A stretch of 63,500 nt of DNA, counting the filler, from Basidiobolus ranarum (Eukaryota): NCBI GenBank assembly GCA_040143965.1. It is 4 parts of 4 records of this genome, joined end to end, with 100 filler letters (N's around TTAATTAATTAA, not from the genome) between each part and the next. Parts side by side here need not be neighbours in the genome. Positions count along the whole stretch, not along the records: positions 15,929 to 31,732 come from JASJQH010000366.1; positions 31,833 to 47,621 come from JASJQH010000367.1; 2 more parts are not named here. The stretch is one strand, 5' to 3'. The notes under the pieces were generated by a model. The model was given only the letters and a program-made list of their open reading frames with translations. It searched no databases and was not told where the DNA came from. A program made the position numbers and the translations under genes. Positions 25,554 through 38,195 of this stretch are shown here, piece after piece. Every line of letters begins with the position of its first letter. Position 1 is the stretch's first letter.

Positions 25554-25787
25554 AGTAAATTTATACGTATAGAGAAGCTATATGTGTGTACTTATGAGTC
25601 AAAGCAAACGAGTAGAGCACCCAAGTGTAAAGTTAATTAGTGGCAGTAAGAGCGTTGTTGGTAATACCAAGATTGGAGAGTTAAATTAGAAGCCTTTGAA
25701 GCCACTGAATGTAACAAATAAGTGTTAATCTTCAATTAAATTTAGGCTTTGGAATGATAACATGAATTACTGAGCGATTACTGGGCG

Positions 25788-25803
25788 AGGGTTAGGGTTA
25801 GGG
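25788..25803. promoter_or_regulatory. Interstitial TTAGGG (telobox-like) motif in the divergent YANK/G-alpha promoter
   Basis: AGGGTTAGGGTTAGGG; an opposite-orientation AACCCTAAA at 26111. Confidence 0.35.
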
Positions 25804-27103
25804 CATTTGCAGTAAATATAAAAAGTATCTTCATATATTAATCTGATGCTAAGGCCCAGGTATTTATTAATTTATGCACCATGAACATGGTGTTTTATCA
25901 TTACAATGTACGATGGCTATTTCCATTCTAGGATATATGTCTAGCTCCAGCCCAGTTTCCATTCGATAAATAATATCTAAAACGAGAAAGTCGACAGTTT
26001 CAATAGTCTAAAGAGTATTGGCTGGGGATTGGCATAAACGCTTAGAGTTCCATGAGAAGGTAACCAAAATGGCAGTTTTCGTCCTGTGTTTGATTTGCTT
26101 TTTAATGCGCAACCCTAAACCCCTTTCCCCTCAGTAGGTGAACTAGTTTCCTCACCTTGAACAATGCCCATGTTCGAATCATGTATGCATGTGCCTGAGG
26201 CTCACATTGTGGGTATAAGAAAGGGTAATAATAACGGAGAGTCGGACACTATTAGCTTCGCTTCGTAATATCTCTGCTCTCCACTTTTTTGTGCCGACGC
26301 GAGGCGGGATGGTGGTTTTGAAAAGTGAGGGGCTTCAATTTTAACAAGCAACTACTGCATTTCCATGCCTAATTATCAACAATCTGGCAATAAGAGAAAA
26401 AAAGAAACTATCTCTAATCAGGAATTATACAACCTCTGTTACATGATTTTTTGCCATGCTTTTTTGATTCTCGCACCGAGATGCAGGGTTTGATTAATAT
26501 CATCATCAGTATCCTAATTACTAATTAATTCGCTCAAATCGACTTTCTTCTTTACGTTCCTTTTTCTTGCATCCATTTCGACCTCATTCTTTCTTGGTGT
26601 GATCTTATCGTTGGTTTATTAAACTGCTTTACGTACTATACCGTCTTACCTCAAACCCCCCCAACTGAAGCGCCATTACCCATTTGGCATAACAAGAAAC
26701 ATATAATAGCATCTGTTATCACCAATTGCTCTATAGTGCCCATATTTGAGAAGATACACATTCTCTCAGCACCATCATTCTGCATTCTGCCCCAACGTCG
26801 CGCTTTGTCGGTACCAATCGATCTACCTCCTCCTATTTTTACCTAGCCTGATATAAAATAGAGAAAGTTTTCAAGGAGTAGATAGTGGCAATTTCAATTA
26901 CTACCCTTTTTATAGTCACGTTTCCTTAGTGATCTATTATATCCCCTCCTCGTCTTAGTTAGAGCAAACTTTCCCCCTCTTGATCGCTAACTTCTTTATA
27001 CTTTTGAACTATTTACGGGAACCCAGTTACGTAAATTCATCCAAACGTTATACCTGTAATAACCTCCACCACACCTGGCCTATTCTTATTTTGATCGGAC
27101 AAG

Positions 27104-28697
27104 ATGGGCATGTGCTTATCACAAGAGGAGCGTGATGCTCGAATGAGAAGCACGCTAATCGACAAAAGAATAGAAGAAGACAGTCGCCGATTCAACAAAG
27201 AATGCAAGATTCTCCTATTGGGTACGTGGCATTTATATACACAAGGGTTATTGGTACTTGTGTTAGTTATATATCTTAACTAACTGGGTTTGGTTACTCT
27301 AGGGAGTGGTGAATCGGGAAAATCTACTATCGTGAAACAAATGAAGATCATTCATCAGAACGGTTATACCACTGAAGAGTTATCTTTATTTAGAGTTACC
27401 ATATTTAAGAACATCGTCGATTCAGCGCAGAATTTGATAGCTGGTATGACGAAACTTAATTTGGAACCAGTCGAAGTTAAAAGCAAGGTGGGTCCATTTT
27501 TTATTTGACTTTCAGAGCGTCTTGTTAACCTATTATTATCGGTGTAGGAGTTTGCAACGAAATTCCAAGACTTCAAAGCTGAAGGAGCATTTGTTATGAA
27601 GCTTTCACCAGAAATCATTGAGGGGATCGAGTCTCTGTGGAAAGATCCTATAATAGCAACTCTTATGGATAGACAAAACGAGTTTTACTTGATGGATTCA
27701 GCACCATAGTGAGTAATCATCTAGATCATATGGCGTATATAAGCAGAATATTAACTTTAGGCCAGTTTCTTTACACACATCAGAAGAATTGGTGCTCCAG
27801 AGTATATTCCTAACGAAGCGGATGTTCTGCGAGCTCGTACAAAAACCACTGGTATCATCGAAACTCGTTTCAACATGGGGCAACTCAGCATTCAGTAAGT
27901 AACCTCTCTTTTCATCCCCATTTATTGGTCTAAAATACTTAAATTATGGTTTGGAAAGCATGTTTGATGTTGGTGGCCAACGCTCAGAGAGAAAGAAATG
28001 GATCCACTGTTTTGAGGCTGTAACGTCGATAATCTTTTGTGTGGCGTTGAGCGAATACGACCAAGTTCTGCTTGAAGAATCGGGACAGGTACAAGATCAC
28101 TTTTATGCAACTCGAAAATCCTCTACAAAAACTTAACCTTGACCTATTAAATTTTCAGAATCGTATGACAGAAAGTTTGATCCTGTTCGAATCGGTAGTC
28201 AACAGTAGATGGTTTCTGCGAACATCTATTATTCTGTTTTTAAACAAGATTGATCTGTTTCGGGAAAAACTACCGCGAGTTCCACTTGAGCGGTACTTTC
28301 CAGAATATACAGGTATGCCGTATGCTTAGAGATTGGTTACATGGGCTAGTTACTAACTCATTTATCCTCATTACCTAGGTGGGCCTGACATTAATAAAGC
28401 CGCAAAATACATACTCTGGAAATTCACACAGACCAACCGTGCTAAATTGAATATATATCCTCAGTAAGTACCAGCACATTGTATAACCTTCCCCACAGCT
28501 CATTACTGACCATTCCCAATCACTTCAGTTTAACACAAGCGACCGACACATCCAAGATTAGGTAAGTTGGATAAGTATTGTCGAATCACCATACGCATGG
28601 TACTAATATGTTGACCATTCACGAGTATAGATTGGTCTTTGCTGCAGTTAAAGAGACAATATTGCAAAACGCACTAAAAGACAGTGGAATTCTGTGA
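27104..28697 (+). CDS. Heterotrimeric G protein alpha subunit, fungal group III (Gpa2/GNA-3-like)
   Basis: [62 protein letters not shown]-terminus [11 protein letters not shown]; multiple introns. Confidence 0.95.
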
Positions 28698-29188
28698 ATT
28701 TATTATATGATGTTCTCACATACTACATATTCAACCATATATGCTCACCTCTCATTAACGAGAAGGTAGAGCCCGGTTTTTTTCTCTTTCAATTTCTTTA
28801 ATCCATTCTCGAGCACTTACATCATCCCTTACCTCGCTTCCTAGTTGTAAATCCCAAACTGAACTTTTCTACTTTTTTAATAATCATATTTTCATGAAAA
28901 CTCTTGGGTATTTCCCTTCCCCTCCCCACTCGTATTATACTATTATAGTTCGACTATTATCTCTGAATCTCTCCTCCTGATGGCTTTCTTTAATAAAACC
29001 ATGTATATCACTTCTTCGATCACCAGTAGATAAGATGGGTGAGGAGACGCTGAAGAAAAGAACTGTACTATGTGACACTGATGTTCGCCAGATGTACTGT
29101 GACTTGGAATGATGAGGAGATCCAGAGAAAGTTCCGGTCTTCTTCCACAAGATAGGTAAGTGGCTAAGGAGAGCAGAGTTGATAGACA

Positions 29189-30670
29189 TTAGATGGGTGT
29201 TAAATACAATTCAAAAACCCCTTGTTCTCCTAATATGACGGTGTTAAATTGGATGATTTGACGATTGAAACATGGCGAACGTAACAAAGGAATTGGTAGA
29301 ACGAGTTTACGAAGATTCGAATGCTTTAGTAAACTTGGGATGATCTCAGTACCGACGTAGATTCGATTGAGATTCAAATACACCAATTTGTGACAATTCG
29401 TGATTAACGTTTCGATCATTCCATGATAGGTTTTGGTAGATGCGTAGACGGGATGCCCCAAGGTAACATGGGTAAGTTCTGAACAAGATGCGGCTAACTG
29501 GGTAATTTGTCCACAATCAAACTCCATCCCAGCAATGTCTAACTTTTGTAGATTAGGACAATGCTTATTCAAAAGAATTAAAGCTCGTCCCAAGCATCGT
29601 TCTTCTATATTGAGCGTTAGTTCCAAGAGACGTTCTCCCATTTGGACGATCATGGTTTCGGCAGCACCCGTAGCTACGTAGGGACCAGATAAACAAACTC
29701 TAGAGAGTTGAGTACACTGTTGAGCAATATCTGTCACTAGTTCAGTATTCACATACATCCCTTTAAGGGATAGAGATCGGAGGTTAGGTAGTTGACTTAA
29801 TTCAAGTATACCTGAATTTACGCATGGATCCACTACGTCTTCTTGTATATTTCCAGGGTTCATGTTAACACTCAATTCTTCTAGCGTTTCAGGATGGCAT
29901 TGTATCAAGGTACGAACAATTAAAGTGATCGATTTTAACATTCCATGAATCCATAATTTGTGAAGCGTATTTTTCTTCATACGTTTTATTAATTCGGCCG
30001 TAACCACATCATCCACTAGTAACGCGGTAATTCTTAGTTGCACTAAGTTTGGACAAAGTTCTTGGATCCTCTTAGCTGTAGAAGAATCAAACGTACGTTG
30101 TCGAATATCCAAAAATTGGAGTGAGACGAGGGAACTATGGAATGTATTGAACCCTTGACAGTCTAATAAAGTTAACCTTTCTAGTTGTCGAGGTTTATAT
30201 TGAGTAAGGTAGGAAAATAGTTTCTCTCCCATTTCTCGAAATTTACTCAAGTGTAGGTTCCCTTGAGTATCTCCGAAATCTTTAGTGGATATTAAACGAA
30301 AGGCTTTCTTTATCCAGTATAGATCCAAGGTGGTTAATAGTTGTAAATATTTTTGTTCACTTGGTTTGGCACCACGGGTCCGATTGGGACAAATTGACTT
30401 GTTGCCAAGAGAGTCTTGAGCGTCCAAGGGAGAAAGTAACGTGGATAAAAGTAGGGCAATTCGCTGAGAGTGACCAGAATAACCCCAATCATCAAAGGGA
30501 AAATAACTCCAGGGATCTTGGTATAGGTATTTTAACGCCGTGGTACTCCAACTTCGACTAACCAAGCTAATACTGTACAGAGTTTTCATATCATTACGAA
30601 CCAGACGTATCAAGTTATGTACACACTCAGAAGGTAACTGAGAAGTTTGTGGGGTGTGGACCTTTATCAT
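29189..30670 (-). CDS. F-box-like / RNI-type leucine-rich repeat protein, intronless
   Basis: LPSECVHNLI..TLYSISLVSRSWSTTALKYLYQDP, repeated CPNLxxL / LPNLRSLSL units. Confidence 0.8.
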   Translation of the reverse strand: MIKVHTPQTSQLPSECVHNLIRLVRNDMKTLYSISLVSRSWSTTALKYLYQDPWSYFPFDDWGYSGHSQRIALLLSTLLSPLDAQDSLGNKSICPNRTRGAKPSEQKYLQLLTTLDLYWIKKAFRLISTKDFGDTQGNLHLSKFREMGEKLFSYLTQYKPRQLERLTLLDCQGFNTFHSSLVSLQFLDIRQRTFDSSTAKRIQELCPNLVQLRITALLVDDVVTAELIKRMKKNTLHKLWIHGMLKSITLIVRTLIQCHPETLEELSVNMNPGNIQEDVVDPCVNSGILELSQLPNLRSLSLKGMYVNTELVTDIAQQCTQLSRVCLSGPYVATGAAETMIVQMGERLLELTLNIEERCLGRALILLNKHCPNLQKLDIAGMEFDCGQITQLAASCSELTHVTLGHPVYASTKTYHGMIETLITNCHKLVYLNLNRIYVGTEIIPSLLKHSNLRKLVLPIPLLRSPCFNRQIIQFNTVILGEQGVFELYLTPI

Positions 30671-31022
30671 TGATATTAAGAAAATGAAATTGTTGTTAAA
30701 GAACTGGAGTGAGGTTTATATTGGAATATTTATAAAAATGGATTAATAAGTATCAGCATAAAGAGATCATGATGTTTTGACTAATATTACTAACATAAAA
30801 TCCTTCTTCGTTTTCCTTAACTGCCAACTCCAGTAACCAATCTCTATCGAAATTTCCATTATTTGATTTTGGACTGCGACTTTTGCATACAATTTGGATT
30901 GATTGATTCCATTTCCAAAAGGTTAGAATTATCATGTGATTTTATTCTGATGACTATTTTCCTCTACAAAGCAACGGAAGTAAAGCAAACAAGAAGGGAT
31001 TTGTAAGGGTGAGCTTCGAGGT

Positions 31023-31712
31023 TCATTCAATATCTTCATCTTCATACCAATCATCCTCCATCTCGGAGTCGAGAGAGTATTGCATTTGAAATTTATCAAG
31101 GTTTGGGTCCCGGCTGCGGCTAAATTCTGGGGATTTTTTGGAGGGTTTCTTTGATTTAGATAGGATACTCAGTATGACCTCACTAAACCAACCACCTACT
31201 GCACCAAAGCAGATGCCGGTGACCATGGCCATAGTCAGGAAGAAGAATACTGGATACAATGCAGTAACCAAATATTGCATCAATGATAAGGGTCTAAAAA
31301 CAAACATGTGAAGTAATAAGCTAGCAGTTTTTACTAAGGGGGAGATAAAGAAAGCTACGATCCGAAATATTCGAGAAACTATGGAATGAATAATACGGTA
31401 GATAAAGACTACTGGTGCTAATATCTGTTGGTAAAGTGGTGTGCTTTCTTTTTTTACTATCACTTGGTCAGAAGTCTCGGGTAAGACTGTACTATAAACT
31501 GTGGTTGTTCCTACATTAGTTACAATTGATGTAGTGGGTTGTACTTGAATAAGAACTGCTTCCACGTCTGACTTTTGGGGTGTAGTGGGTTGTGGGATTT
31601 CCACGATTCCAGATGGGATCTGTGGGATGCAGTCAGGACTAGAATGCTCGAGGGCTAGACAGCTACTCACAAGACATAGCATCAAGCTATATATCCACCA
31701 GGTTGATATCAT
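31023..31712 (-). CDS. Hypothetical membrane protein with signal peptide
   Basis: 229-aa ORF: hydrophobic N-terminus, Thr/Pro-rich stretch, hydrophobic helices (LYPVFFFLTMAMVTGICFGAVGGW), basic then acidic tail. Confidence 0.7.
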   Translation of the reverse strand: MISTWWIYSLMLCLVSSCLALEHSSPDCIPQIPSGIVEIPQPTTPQKSDVEAVLIQVQPTTSIVTNVGTTTVYSTVLPETSDQVIVKKESTPLYQQILAPVVFIYRIIHSIVSRIFRIVAFFISPLVKTASLLLHMFVFRPLSLMQYLVTALYPVFFFLTMAMVTGICFGAVGGWFSEVILSILSKSKKPSKKSPEFSRSRDPNLDKFQMQYSLDSEMEDDWYEDEDIE

Positions 31713-31732
31713 GTGTTAAACGAACCAATTTT

Positions 31733-31832
31733 NNNNNNNNNNNNNNNNNNNNNNNNNNNNNNNNNNNNNNNNNNNNTTAATTAATTAANNNNNNNNNNNN
31801 NNNNNNNNNNNNNNNNNNNNNNNNNNNNNNNN
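31733..31832. other. Artificial contig linker
   Basis: 100 nt of N with central TTAATTAATTAA. Confidence 0.95.
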
Positions 31833-33107
31833 AAACTAACATATAGAATGTGTTAAGGAAAGGCGAGTAACATGTGTGAAAAATTTGGGGCTTCTAGCGC
31901 AAGTTAGAAGTTCTCAGATATATAGATTATTTCAAAGTTGGTGTCAATATTCTAAGTAAATTCCTCATGAGAATAATGGGTGATATCTTAGTGAAATATA
32001 GAATAACTAAATACTAAGCTATATATGACTATATAGGTGTTGATGCAATACTAACTTCAGCACATTATACAAAATTCTGAAAGCAATAGCATTGTTAATT
32101 CGAGAATTATCCTAAAAATATCAATATTTTATTTTTGGTCAATTAGTAACTATCTTTCAATCTCAAAATAACTTCATTACTTGCTCATTTTACAAGCCTC
32201 GAACTTTCATGATACTTTCAATGTTGGAAGCTAAATAGATACTCAAGGTTAGCTAAATAAAATTTACACAAAACACTTGAATACTTGGATATTGTATGTC
32301 TGGGTGGGATTTATTTCAATTAATCATTAGATATAAATCACCGATTTCTTCTGAAAACGCGTTTATCTCTAATTACTAGTGTTTACCTTTGTGGTAGTCA
32401 ATACCAGGCTAGCCATAGCACACTTTACTGTCATAATGCTAACAAACACGAAACGAATTGCACTAAGCCATTATGTGATATTCCAATATCAACTAAATTT
32501 ATGATGGAAATAGCAAAACATTTAGGAACCAAGGCTTTATAATAATCAATAATTTCATCAAGTATTATAGGTTGGATCTTGAAGTTACAGCATATATTCA
32601 TAGAAATTGTGCTTTGAAAATTCGATTTTATCTTGAGTTTAAAAGGTGCATGTGTTCAGGTCGTTGTTGTATATAAATGGGATAGTTGTACAAACATTAT
32701 GTTCCCTTAATGTATTCTTGGAGTTAGTTACAGTTTTGCCATATGGAACTTGCTTTGGAAGGGGAGTGAATTGCTTGTGGAATTTATAAGCCCTTGTATA
32801 GGTTACTTCGTAGACAGCAATGACATAATACAAGTTGAGCCCAGCTAGGGTAGCTAACTTGTGAATATCCAAGTGTAACCGGCAACCATAAGCCTATTTA
32901 CATAGATTTAAGCTAGCTATTGGGAAAGGTTCTTACTGCTTTACAAATTGCGTAAACAAGACGGGTAAAGAGACGAATTACTACTTGAAAACTGAGAAGA
33001 TTTGGATAAATTGGGACTATAAGGTTTTGTAATTATTAAGGACATCTTCAATATACATTTCAATCAAAACAAACTGCAACAAAGTATTCGTACGTCACTA
33101 GTAGCAC

Positions 33108-34432
33108 TTAGCCAGTATCGGAGTTTTGAATCAAAGGAGTAGATTTAGTACTTGATATGGGATTCAGCGAATTGGGCAAAAGGTATTTCACTAGCTTCAG
33201 TGAGTTATTTGCAATACTTAAGGGTAAGAACACAAACCTAGAAAAGCATGCTACGAAAAATAGTAACAAAGATGGTTTACTCTTCTCGTGGGGAGTAGTG
33301 CCATTGCTTGATGCTTCCCCAGATTCAAATTCCCTCAATCGCTTTTCCAAATTTGAGAATCTCTCCTCGTTTCTAGCTCGAATTCTTTGTTCCCGTTTCT
33401 CGTATTTTTGCAGTACTCTCGAAAGTTGCACTAAAGCTGGCTCTATTCCCTCTCGTACTTGACCCATCTCTAGTTTAGTTACGTATGCTTTTTTCAGCTG
33501 TACCAACTCATTTTCCAACAATCCCACTCTTCGCTTAAGTCCTTCCACCTCTCCAATTGGGTAGTGTATCTCGTCCTGCAATATTAGAGCTCGTTTTTTT
33601 AGTAAACTAGCCATGTACATGATCGGTTTTATGCCTGCAGCGAAGATGAATATTACGATATTCAATTGCGAGAAGTATTTATCATATTGGGATAAGTAAT
33701 CCTTGAAAATATTCAACAAGTAGCCACCAAGCACCGGCGATATAATTACAATGAAAAGTGTCAGTTTCTCTTGACGTCTTAACTTTTTTTCCGCCTCAAA
33801 TCGTATAGCTTCCTGTGCCGCGTTTCCTGGCTCCATGTACATGCCTGCCTGAGAAACCATATTTACTCTTCTTTTCCTGGCAACGAAATAAAGCTCCCAT
33901 GGTACTATATTTAAAATCAATAAACAGATTAATATCAGTTTAATAAGCCACTATCTGAATACACAGATCAGCGAGGTGGCTTAGGGTATATGGATAAAGT
34001 CTAACCTTTGATGACCAAGAATAAATAGAACCCAACCAAAGCTAGTAACATCAAATCACTCCAAGTTTGTGTATCTCCATAGAATATGGATATAATGGGT
34101 GGAAGGATGACCAGGAATATAGGCCAGCTATATTTAGAGGTTGAAAAGTGATCATTCTCAAACATTTCTACTCTTTCTTGTAAGTTGGCTTTAGTATATT
34201 CTGAAGTCGGTTTTTGGTCGTAGTTAAAGGAGTGGTTGTTATTACGGAGAGTTTCTTCATATTCTTTCTCCATCTCATCATCTTCAAGCTCAGTTAATCG
34301 GAAGTTTTTACTAAGAAATTTGGACATTGTAGTTTTCTTTTTTCCGGGTGTTGCTGAGGTAGGTATGGAGAAGCTATCAGCTCCTCGAGCTTCCAAACCC
34401 AAAGTATTTCTTGAGCTTGTTCGTGACGACAT
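33108..34432 (-). CDS. Hypothetical multi-pass membrane protein with C-terminal coiled coil
   Basis: Exons 34432-34006 and 33904-33108 (intron 33905-34005) join ...FYLFLVIKVPWELY...; four hydrophobic segments then heptad-like region. Confidence 0.8.
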
Positions 34433-37400
34433 TCAAGTGTTAACCAATTGAACTCTTCAGGAAGACGTAGTGTTTGTCTTTGTCAATGTCTACTCCTAAT
34501 AGTTGGATTTCTTGTAAATCTAGGAAATATTATCGGCTACTCTTATACTAGCTCTTTTGATTAAACTATGTGGAGACAAGAATGAATTCACCAAAATATT
34601 TACTAGTGGACGCCTCCGAAGATGTGGCAGAAATAATGAGAACTATTTGGAAAGTAGAAGGAATTCAGGTAAGAAAGGTAGCCTGAAGATAATTATTGGG
34701 AAAAGGTAGAAAGTTGTAATTTAATTAACATAAACCATATGCCAGTTTAGAAGCAAGAGCACAAAAGGATAATTTCGAAGTCACTGACGTATACAAGGTT
34801 TGCTTGTTAAGGAGAATATCGTTCAATATATTTGATTTGTCCATAATAGGAGTTAGTAGTATGTGTGCCGTCAGCCTGGTTGAGTTTTAAGTTAGGAAAT
34901 TTCACCACCATTTTGTTTGAGCATTTAGTCAATCACATTTTCTATGCCTTCATAAACTGTGCTACTGCAGACAAAATGGTGAACAACGATAGAACAAGTC
35001 AACGACTGATCATCAATAGCAATCCAGTTAGAATGTGGATATTTCTCAACAGTTCGATGTTTAGAGTTAAACATTTAGAAACGCCTAGACCTCCAGCTAC
35101 CATTAGACTTGCCACAACCCGTCTCTGCCAGATGTTCTTTCCTTAGTGGATTCAGACACTCGCAACAAACTATCGGAGTACATTCTGCAATATCGAATAT
35201 TTGATCGAATCTTGACATTGAATTCAACCAACATTTACAGTATAGGAGTACGCTTTGGCTAATATTACTAGTAGCAGTATCGCAGGTCTGCAGATTTAGC
35301 CTTTATTCTTGGAATGGCAATGGAGTTTTCCATATATGTAGCTTAGTGACAAGTGAGCAAGCTACCGGACATATTGGGTTGTCGCTGGCAACTGTTTGAT
35401 GATATATCGTGGACACCATTGCCAGTGGTAGAATTGTGACGTCTAAGCGCATATAGATTCAGTATCCATGTACATCAGCATCCCATTGAGTGATCTAACG
35501 TTACTAACCACATCATCTTGCTGACCTGTTACAGTGGCATGCCCTAAGATGGATATGAATGCTCGCTTCAGATGACTGACAAGCATTACTATATTTGGTG
35601 ATGACGGATTCGGGTACTAATCTTGCTTTAAGTCAATCTTCTCCAGCCAATAATAAATGGGAATGATAGCCAGCACCTGGGAAGCCTCCTCAGGGAAGGC
35701 TACCAATAACGGCACCGGTGTCACATCTTGCTCAGACAGAAATTGGCATTGTAGCATGCGATATCAATTCATACAACGCATGATCTGACTCGGGCGATGT
35801 TGTTAAGAAAGGGGCTGACTTGATAGAACTATGCATCGGAGCTAGCGTTATGAATTTTGAGGCACTAGCCCACATATCAGGTGATCAAATATGTTTAATA
35901 TCGCCAACTACATCATCGTTAGCATACTGTGTTGGAGATGTCCATTTTGAATACTATCTTCAAACACTAGTTGGTAAATACTTGGCCCTCTTCAATCATG
36001 CTATCCCCATAGATAGATCTTTGATGACTTCCCTGTTTACTAATACAGTCGTGCAGTGCACTACACCAGGTGATGATGTCAAGAAACTGGCTAGTTTCGT
36101 CTCGGGATAATGAGAATATCTATAGGAGTTTGGTTACTCCCCTTGGCGGAAAGACGCTAGTATCTCATATTTTGTGGATTGCCCTATCAGTGCTAATCTC
36201 CTGGCAGACTGCTAATAGTCATATTGAGGGTTAAATCCTAATCATCTCACCATATGAACCATCTGGATCCAAGGTAGCTCAATTATCAAACTCATGCAAA
36301 GCACGCCAGCTATAAATTGGGAAGAAACAATATTCTCTTAATATTCTAACCAAAAACATACAAATATCAACACTACAATAACAACAATGAATGGACATTA
36401 AAGCTCACCAAATGAACCTTGGCATGTAGCCAGCTTTTATTATCACGATTATTTGATCTTGTAAAAAGAAATATAGTGTAACCTCATTTGGACAATGAAG
36501 AAATAAATGGATACACATTTGATTCAAAAATCAATCCACTGGAGAAGTATGGCCCAATTTTCACACGTACTGATTACTCTTTGCTATTAGAAATGGGCTT
36601 TATCTGTGCGAGGATATCCGGTAACTACCTCTAAAGCATCCAGTATTGATGGCTTCATTAAAAGCTGTCAATTCGATCTCCCAGAACGGCGTGATGCTGT
36701 CCGCTAAAGTGAGATCGGGTGTTCTGGAGCTATTTGTGTGTTCCACAAAGCATGGCAGAAGGGACATCAATTACACTCAATCACCAACCATGATTATAGC
36801 ATCGAGTCATATGCTGTTATTAAGAAAGATGGCCTTCCTTGATCAGTAGTTAATGTTGTTAAAAATGACGTATAGAAACATGAATTCTCACTAAAGGTGT
36901 AACGAACGGTTCATCGGGTAAGGTGGGATAAGTCTGTATATCTGTTTGAAACCTTTCTTCCAGGTGTAGCTTAACGAGTTTAACTAGATGACTTCATGAT
37001 TCATCAAAATCATCGTTACTTGGAGAGTGTTCGGCAGATCGAGATAATTTTTCATGATTGAATAAGTTCTATCATTCATTATAGCTTGATGATAACACTA
37101 CTTCAATAGCGTGCATTCAATGAGAAGGCGATTAAAATTTTCCACCACGAAACTTCAATTATTCCAGAAACTTCTTGTAGTGAATGGGACTCCCCTGAGA
37201 CAGCCAATCTTACAAAGGAATGCAGAGAAAAGTCTCCGATCTTTTGCAACTTGTACATACTTTTGAATGCTGGCATACAATTTTGGTATCAAATGCCATG
37301 TATTATGTGTCCAAGTGCATCTTTTAGTCACGTTGACATTCATCATGATACAACATTTTCCAATTACTTTTAAACTTCTACTATTGTATGTCTATTTCCT

Positions 37401-38195
37401 GATACTCAATGCGTATGATGTACTTCTAATTCAAGCTCCCTTATCTTTCCATGCTGATTATCTAATCCCGCTTTCTTTTGGAATATCTCGGCACTTCCCC
37501 TTCCCCTATTGACTGACGATGATTAAGAGATATCCCCCATTTCTACTTACCCATCCAACTACTCCTCTATTGTACTGCCATAAAGCTGCTTATCAACCAT
37601 ATATAAATACTCAAATTACCACTTTTACCCCTATCAAATGGATTCTGCATCTCGATAGATTTCTCAGCATCTGAATCGAATACCCTCCATTGGAAAGGAG
37701 TTACGATGGTTTGCATATCATATGATAACTTGCTATTAGGGTGAAAGAGGGATGAATCGGAGAAATCAATAGATATGATTTTATCAATTGGATTCATTGG
37801 AGACACAAATTGGAAAGATGGATCAGATTGAGGACTCAGATCCTTATTACAACGATCATAGTTTAATGTATATATTGTAAGCGGTGCTAAAAGGAAATGA
37901 TCGATGTTTAATCGTTAATCGTGAGATTGACCACTTATTGTATACGAGTATAATTCCAGGTCTTGGAACGTAGAGTCCCACCTACAAGAGATTGAATTTG
38001 ATACCAATAGATAGTGGGTTTAGGTGGGAGTATGGGTGGGTTGATATATCTATTGCTATTCACCGATTCTTCAGTCAGACTAATTACATCGAATATAGAC
38101 CTTGCTATAATAAATACAAATGGTTACGAGAGAAATTTCAGTGCTGTGTAGTTAACGGTGAAATGAAGGCTGAAAGATAAGCATTTCTCATTTCA

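Noticed and set aside
26125-26190. tRNA-like A/B boxes (TCAGTAGGT ... GTTCGAATC)
   Set aside because: Only a 4-bp T stem; no acceptor or anticodon stem can be formed.
36540-36562. EKYGPIF, a cytochrome P450-like N-terminal motif
   Set aside because: Frame closes soon after and no other P450 motif is visible.
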